Position numbers and translations under genes: made by a program. Below, in pieces: positions 59,509-64,000 of a DNA stretch of 64,000 bases; position 1 is the stretch's first letter, and each line of letters opens with the position of its first letter. The DNA is from Candidatus Altiarchaeales archaeon (GTDB lineage Archaea; Altiarchaeota; Altiarchaeia; IMC4; SCGC-AAA252-I15): positions 448,001-512,000 of the forward strand of contig WJMO01000006.1 in NCBI GenBank assembly GCA_014727915.1, given 5' to 3'. The notes under the pieces were generated by a model. That model was not told the DNA's origin. It searched no databases and saw only the letters and a list, made by a program, of their open reading frames with translations.

Positions 59509-59733
59509 ATGGAAGACGAGGTTAAGAAGGCTTTGGAGAAGGTCAGGCCCATGCTGCAGGCAGACGGGGGGGACGTGGAGTTCGTGTCAGTGGACGACGA
59601 GGGCGTCGTTAAGGTCCGGCTCAAGGGAGCCTGCCACGGGTGCCCGATGAGCCAGATGACGCTCCAGCACGGGATAGAACAGGTACTGAAGAAGGAAGTC
59701 GAAGGCGTGAAGAAGGTCGAGCCCGCCGACTAG
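59509..59733 (+). CDS. NifU C-terminal (Nfu) domain protein
   Basis: RPMLQADGGDVE, GACHGCP.S..TL. Confidence 0.93.
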   Translation: MEDEVKKALEKVRPMLQADGGDVEFVSVDDEGVVKVRLKGACHGCPMSQMTLQHGIEQVLKKEVEGVKKVEPAD

Positions 59734-59798
59734 GCCGGGCCCGTTATTTATTCTAGTATTCAGATACCTAAACCCAGACTCTGTGAGGTGTGGTTGGG

Positions 59799-61931
59799 AT
59801 GGTTTCTAAGGTCAAAAAGAGAGACGGGCGGACAGTCAAGTTCAACAAGCAGAAGATAGTAGACGCGATAGAGAAGGCCATAGAGGCCGTTGAAGACAAT
59901 GACGGAGAGGAAGCCAGGAAGCTCGCGGCCAAGGTCGTCAAATACCTGAACAGGAAGTATCGGGGCAAGACGCCCACGGTCGAGGAGGTCCAGGACGCTG
60001 TGGAGAACGTTCTCATAGACGAGGCTGACCCGGAAGTAGCTAAAGCATACATACGTTACAGGGACGAGCGAAAGAGGATACGGGAGGCCAAGTCGATGAT
60101 GGGCGTTGACGACGACATCAAACTCTCATTGAACGCTGTCAAGGTTCTGGAGAAGAGGTATCTGATAAAGGACGACAACGGCGTCGTGGAGGAGACTCCT
60201 AAGCAGATGTTCCACCGGGTCGCCAACAACATAGCCGAGGCTGACAAGGTTTACGACAAGAAAGCGGACGTGAGGAAGACCGCGCGGGAGTTCTACAACG
60301 TCATGGCCTCATTGGAGTTCGTCCCTAACAGCCCCACGATGATGAACGCGGGCCGCCAGCTGCAGCAGCTTTCAGCATGCTTCGTCCTGCCAGTCGAGGA
60401 CACCATGGACAGCATATTCGAAGCCATAAAGAACACCGCCCTCATACACCAAAGCGGCGGGGGGACCGGCTTCAGCTTCTCCAGGCTCAGGCCCAAAGGC
60501 GACATAGTCGCGTCTACCAGCGGGGTTGCCAGCGGCCCCCTGTCCTTCATGAACGTCTTCAATGCAGCCACCGAAGTCATCAAACAGGGAGGAACGAGGA
60601 GGGGGGCTAACATGGCCATACTGAGGGTGGACCACCCGGACATACTGGACTTCATAACAGCGAAGGAGAAGGAGGAGGTCCTCAACAACTTCAACATATC
60701 CGTGGGCCTGACAGGCGAATTCATGAAGGCGGTAGAGCACAACCAAGAGTACGAGCTCATAAACCCCAGGACAAAGGAGGTCGTGAACAAGATAAGCGCG
60801 CGCACCGTCTTCGACCTCATAGTCACGATGGCCTGGAAGAACGGGGAGCCGGGCATAATCTTCCTTGACCGGATAAACCGGGACAATCCCACCCCTTCTA
60901 TAGGGGAGATGGAATCAACCAACCCCTGCGGGGAACAGCCGCTCCTGCCCTATGAGGCGTGCAATCTGGGAAGCGTTAACCTGGCCAAGATGGTCGACAA
61001 CGGGAAGATCAACTACCGGCGATTGAGGAGGGTTGTTCACACGGCCGTCCACTTCCTGGACAATGTCATTGACATGAGCAAGTTCCCACTGGATAAGATA
61101 ACAAAGATGGTGAAGTCAAACCGGAAGATCGGATTGGGCGTGATGGGCTTCGCGGACATGCTGCTTGAGATGGGAATAGCCTATAACAGCGGGGAGGGCG
61201 TTGAGGCGGCACGGGAAGTCATGAAGTTCATAGACGAGGAGTCGAAGAAGGCTTCCGTTGCGTTGGCTGAGAAGAGGGGCAGCTTCCCGAACTTCAAGAA
61301 GAGCACCTGGAAGGAGAGGGGCTATAAGATGCTCAGGAACGCCACCACCACGACCATCGCCCCGACAGGAACCATCAGTATCATAGCCAACAGCTCAGGG
61401 GGCATAGAGCCGTTGTTCGCCATATCTTTCATACGGAACATACTGGACAACACCGAGATGATAGAGGTGAACCCAATATTCGAGAGGGTGGCCCGTGAGA
61501 GGGGATTCTACAACGACGACCTTATGCGAAAGATCGCGAAGAGGGGCACCATACAGGACATAGACGAGATACCAGATGATGTGCGGAGGGTTTTCGTCAC
61601 GGCCCATGACATCACGCCCGAATGGCATGCCAGGATGCAGGCTGCTTTCCAGGAGCACACGGACAACGCAGTATCCAAGACTGTGAACTTCCCGAATCAC
61701 GCCACCACAAGCGACGTCGAGGAAGTGTACATGCTCGCATACCGTCTCGGGTGCAAGGGAGTCACCATATACCGAGACGGAAGCAGGAGCAACCAGGTCT
61801 TGAACATAGAGTCCGTTAAGAAATCCCCCGGTGGAGTGGAGAGCGCATGCCCCGAGTGCGGGGGCAAACTCTCCTTTGAGGAAGGATGCAGCAAATGCCA
61901 CGGCTGCGGTTACTCTGTCTGCAGCGTCTGA
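59799..61931 (+). CDS. nrdJ: Class II (AdoCbl-dependent) ribonucleotide reductase with ATP cone
   Basis: VKKRDG cone, [45 protein letters not shown]-terminal Cys ribbon. Confidence 0.95.
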   Translation: MVSKVKKRDGRTVKFNKQKIVDAIEKAIEAVEDNDGEEARKLAAKVVKYLNRKYRGKTPTVEEVQDAVENVLIDEADPEVAKAYIRYRDERKRIREAKSMMGVDDDIKLSLNAVKVLEKRYLIKDDNGVVEETPKQMFHRVANNIAEADKVYDKKADVRKTAREFYNVMASLEFVPNSPTMMNAGRQLQQLSACFVLPVEDTMDSIFEAIKNTALIHQSGGGTGFSFSRLRPKGDIVASTSGVASGPLSFMNVFNAATEVIKQGGTRRGANMAILRVDHPDILDFITAKEKEEVLNNFNISVGLTGEFMKAVEHNQEYELINPRTKEVVNKISARTVFDLIVTMAWKNGEPGIIFLDRINRDNPTPSIGEMESTNPCGEQPLLPYEACNLGSVNLAKMVDNGKINYRRLRRVVHTAVHFLDNVIDMSKFPLDKITKMVKSNRKIGLGVMGFADMLLEMGIAYNSGEGVEAAREVMKFIDEESKKASVALAEKRGSFPNFKKSTWKERGYKMLRNATTTTIAPTGTISIIANSSGGIEPLFAISFIRNILDNTEMIEVNPIFERVARERGFYNDDLMRKIAKRGTIQDIDEIPDDVRRVFVTAHDITPEWHARMQAAFQEHTDNAVSKTVNFPNHATTSDVEEVYMLAYRLGCKGVTIYRDGSRSNQVLNIESVKKSPGGVESACPECGGKLSFEEGCSKCHGCGYSVCSV

Positions 61932-61938
61932 GATCAAG

Positions 61939-62520
61939 ATGAGAAAGCGCAAGAGGAAAGGACTGGTTCACGTGTACACAGGTGAGGGTAAGGGAAAGAC
62001 CAGCGCGTCCGTTGGTTTGGCCACCCGCGCACTGGGGCATGGGCTGAAGGTGTACATGATACAGTTCCTCAAGGGCGGAGGGCATTCCGGGGAATACCTC
62101 GCCTCAAAGGAGTTCCTACCGAACTTCACCATCAAACAGTTCGGGAAACCATGTCCCTACAGCGAGGAGATGAAAAAGGGGACGATGGAGTGCGGCAACT
62201 GCAAGGACTGCTTCCTAAGCCGGCGTGAAGAGCGGGAGAAAGTCAGCGAGGGGTTGGAGCTGGCTGAGAAGATAGTGAAGTCTGGGAAATACGATGTTGT
62301 GATATTGGACGAGATAAACAACGCGGTAAGCAGGAAGCTAACTTCGGTTTCGAAGGTGGTGAAGCTGATAAGGGGGCGTAAGTCCAATGTCGAGCTCATA
62401 CTAACTGGCCGGCACGCCCCCAAGGACGTCATAGACGATGCGGACTACGTCACAGAGATGAAGCGAATAAAACACCCTTTCATGAAGGGTGTTAGGGTGC
62501 GGCATGGGATAGACTACTGA
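61939..62520 (+). CDS. cobO: Cob(I)alamin adenosyltransferase (CobO/BtuR/CobA) with 4-Cys insert
   Basis: VYTGEGKGKT, QFLKG, ILDEI, LTGR, ADYVTEM..IKHPF, GIDY. Confidence 0.92.
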   Translation: MRKRKRKGLVHVYTGEGKGKTSASVGLATRALGHGLKVYMIQFLKGGGHSGEYLASKEFLPNFTIKQFGKPCPYSEEMKKGTMECGNCKDCFLSRREEREKVSEGLELAEKIVKSGKYDVVILDEINNAVSRKLTSVSKVVKLIRGRKSNVELILTGRHAPKDVIDDADYVTEMKRIKHPFMKGVRVRHGIDY

Positions 62521-62587
62521 CACACCCCTGCCTGCTAGGCGTTTCTCCCGCCATTTATATGCCTTCCCTCAGCTATCATATACTCAG

Positions 62588-63382
62588 ATGGACCTTTTCA
62601 GCATATTAGCGGGGTTGGCGTTGGTTTTGGGGGCTTTCATGCTTTTTGCCGGAGTGATGGGTATTTTGTTAACTGTTGTTGGGGTCGCTTCAGCCCTCAT
62701 ATTCCTGAAGACGCGACAGATAATCGTCCCGCGCGTAACCTTGTTCATATTGAACATACTGGAGGCTCCCGTCCGCTACATGCTATGGATGTTCGGTATA
62801 GAGGAGGATGTGGTGAGCAACCTGGTGATAGAGGTCCGGAACCTGCTTTACACCCGGTCCTACAACAAGACGCCCTACAAGGACCGGGCCATATTCCTGC
62901 CCCAGTGCCTTAGAAACCCCAAATGCCCTGCTCCATTGACTCCTGAGGGCATAAAGTGCATGGGGTGCGGGCGATGCGGGATTGGAGCCATAAAGGATGA
63001 GGCTGAGCGGCTTGGCACTAGGGTTTTCATAGCCCCGGGCAGTTCGCTTATAAAGCGGATGGTCAAGAAATACCGTCCCAAGGCTATATTGGGGGTCGGG
63101 TGCCACATGGAAGTGAACGAGGGAACCGCCAAGATGGCCTCCTACGGGCTTCCAGTCCAAGGTGTTGTGTTGGACCGTGATGGCTGCGTTGACACCCGAG
63201 TCAACGTCCTTGAACTGTTGGAGAGGATAAAATCCCACAGCGCCTACGGCAGATACCACATCGAAGAAGACCTGGAATTCCAGGAGAAAGCCGTTGAAAT
63301 ATCCAAGCTTTGGGGCGCGGGCTCAGCCACCGAAGTCGAGATAATCGAAGCGGTCAAAAAGAGCGAAAAAGGCAAGTGGTAG
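62588..63382 (+). CDS. DUF116 membrane protein
   Basis: N-terminal TMs; FLPQCLR..KCPA, C.GCGRC, GVGC, GCVDT. Confidence 0.85.
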   Translation: MDLFSILAGLALVLGAFMLFAGVMGILLTVVGVASALIFLKTRQIIVPRVTLFILNILEAPVRYMLWMFGIEEDVVSNLVIEVRNLLYTRSYNKTPYKDRAIFLPQCLRNPKCPAPLTPEGIKCMGCGRCGIGAIKDEAERLGTRVFIAPGSSLIKRMVKKYRPKAILGVGCHMEVNEGTAKMASYGLPVQGVVLDRDGCVDTRVNVLELLERIKSHSAYGRYHIEEDLEFQEKAVEISKLWGAGSATEVEIIEAVKKSEKGKW

Positions 63383-63399
63383 AACACGCGTCAACACCA

Positions 63400-63810
63400 C
63401 AAACAACATCCAATACTAACAGGAGGACAACACACAACCACCACTAACCACCCAATAAACCACTAACACTAACTGATATTACCACTAACATCTAAAAAAT
63501 AGCACCACTACTAACCACTTACTACTACCCAACTATTACTACCACTTACTACTACCTATTCCTTACTACCGCCACTACTACTACACACCACTAACTTTCA
63601 CTACTATCTACCCCCAACTACTAGCCATCACTATCTATCACTACTATCTATTATTATTATTATCTATTACTACTATCTATCTGTCAATAGCTACCACTAC
63701 TACCTATCATTATCTGCCACTTACTACTATCTGCCACCAACCACCACTTACTAACAACTAAGACCACCCGCAACTGTCACTAACACCACCACAAGATAGC
63801 GGACAACAAA
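63400..63810. repeat. Degenerate, strongly G-poor low-complexity tract
   Basis: Recurrent CCACTTACTAC, ACTACTATCTA, ACCACTAAC and ATT units between convergent genes. Confidence 0.75.
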
Positions 63811-63821
63811 CGTCATCCGCG

Positions 63822-64000
63822 TCATCCGACAAAGGGGCTCATCCACCTTAACCTTTCCACCACTTCACCAACAGACACGATTACATAGTCTATCTCCTCC
63901 CATGTGTTATCCCGGCCGAGGGTGAACCTAATGCTGCCATGGGAATCCTCCGGCCTCCGGCCTATAGCAGCCAGCACATGGCTGGGTGTCAGGCTCTTGC
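63822..64000 (-). CDS. iscS: Cysteine desulfurase IscS/NifS, C-terminal part (partial)
   Basis: Manual translation KSLTPSHVLAAIG....SHGSIRFTLGRDNT.EEIDY......VERLRWMSPFVG*. Confidence 0.88.
   Translation of the reverse strand, partial: KSLTPSHVLAAIGRRPEDSHGSIRFTLGRDNTWEEIDYVIVSVGEVVERLRWMSPFVG

Noticed and set aside
59799-61931. Intein in NrdJ or in the Lon-like ATPase
   Set aside because: Motifs are contiguous, lengths are normal, and no intein splice-junction signatures were seen.
63400-63810. CRISPR array or protein-coding Thr-rich gene
   Set aside because: No constant repeat with unique spacers, and no ORF of 60 aa or more in the track.

Overview
Archaeal chromosomal window with no rRNA, CRISPR array or integrase. 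Gene content and multi-Cys lipoproteins suggest an Altiarchaeota/DPANN-like lineage (inference). It carries porB, the ftsZ-secE-spt5-rpl11-rpl1-rpl10 cluster (no rpl12 follows), a DRG GTPase, aroE/aroD, larB/larC, SRP54, a twin-GT2 glycan locus, a folate/purine block (glyA, folD, purH, fhs, folC, purN) plus two purP paralogs, dnaG, a protease-less Lon-like ATPase, nadX, dhs, and nifU-nrdJ-cobO with a partial iscS. The most unusual signals are non-coding. (1) An intron-containing tRNA-Arg(TCT) is flanked by a duplicated 5' half and a duplicated 3' end, each interrupted by a different ~50-nt structured non-BHB insert; the 3' copy bounds a small Fic/lipoprotein islet. (2) A conserved structured element (TGCTTGAGG-stem-CCGAAACACAC-Y-rich-GTYGG/CCGAC hairpin) occurs twice, both times at a direct-repeat scar (tRNA att remnant; 73-bp duplication of the purP 3' end). 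(3) Structured leaders precede dnaG, marC and nadX. (4) A ~400-bp G-poor degenerate repeat lies near the window end.
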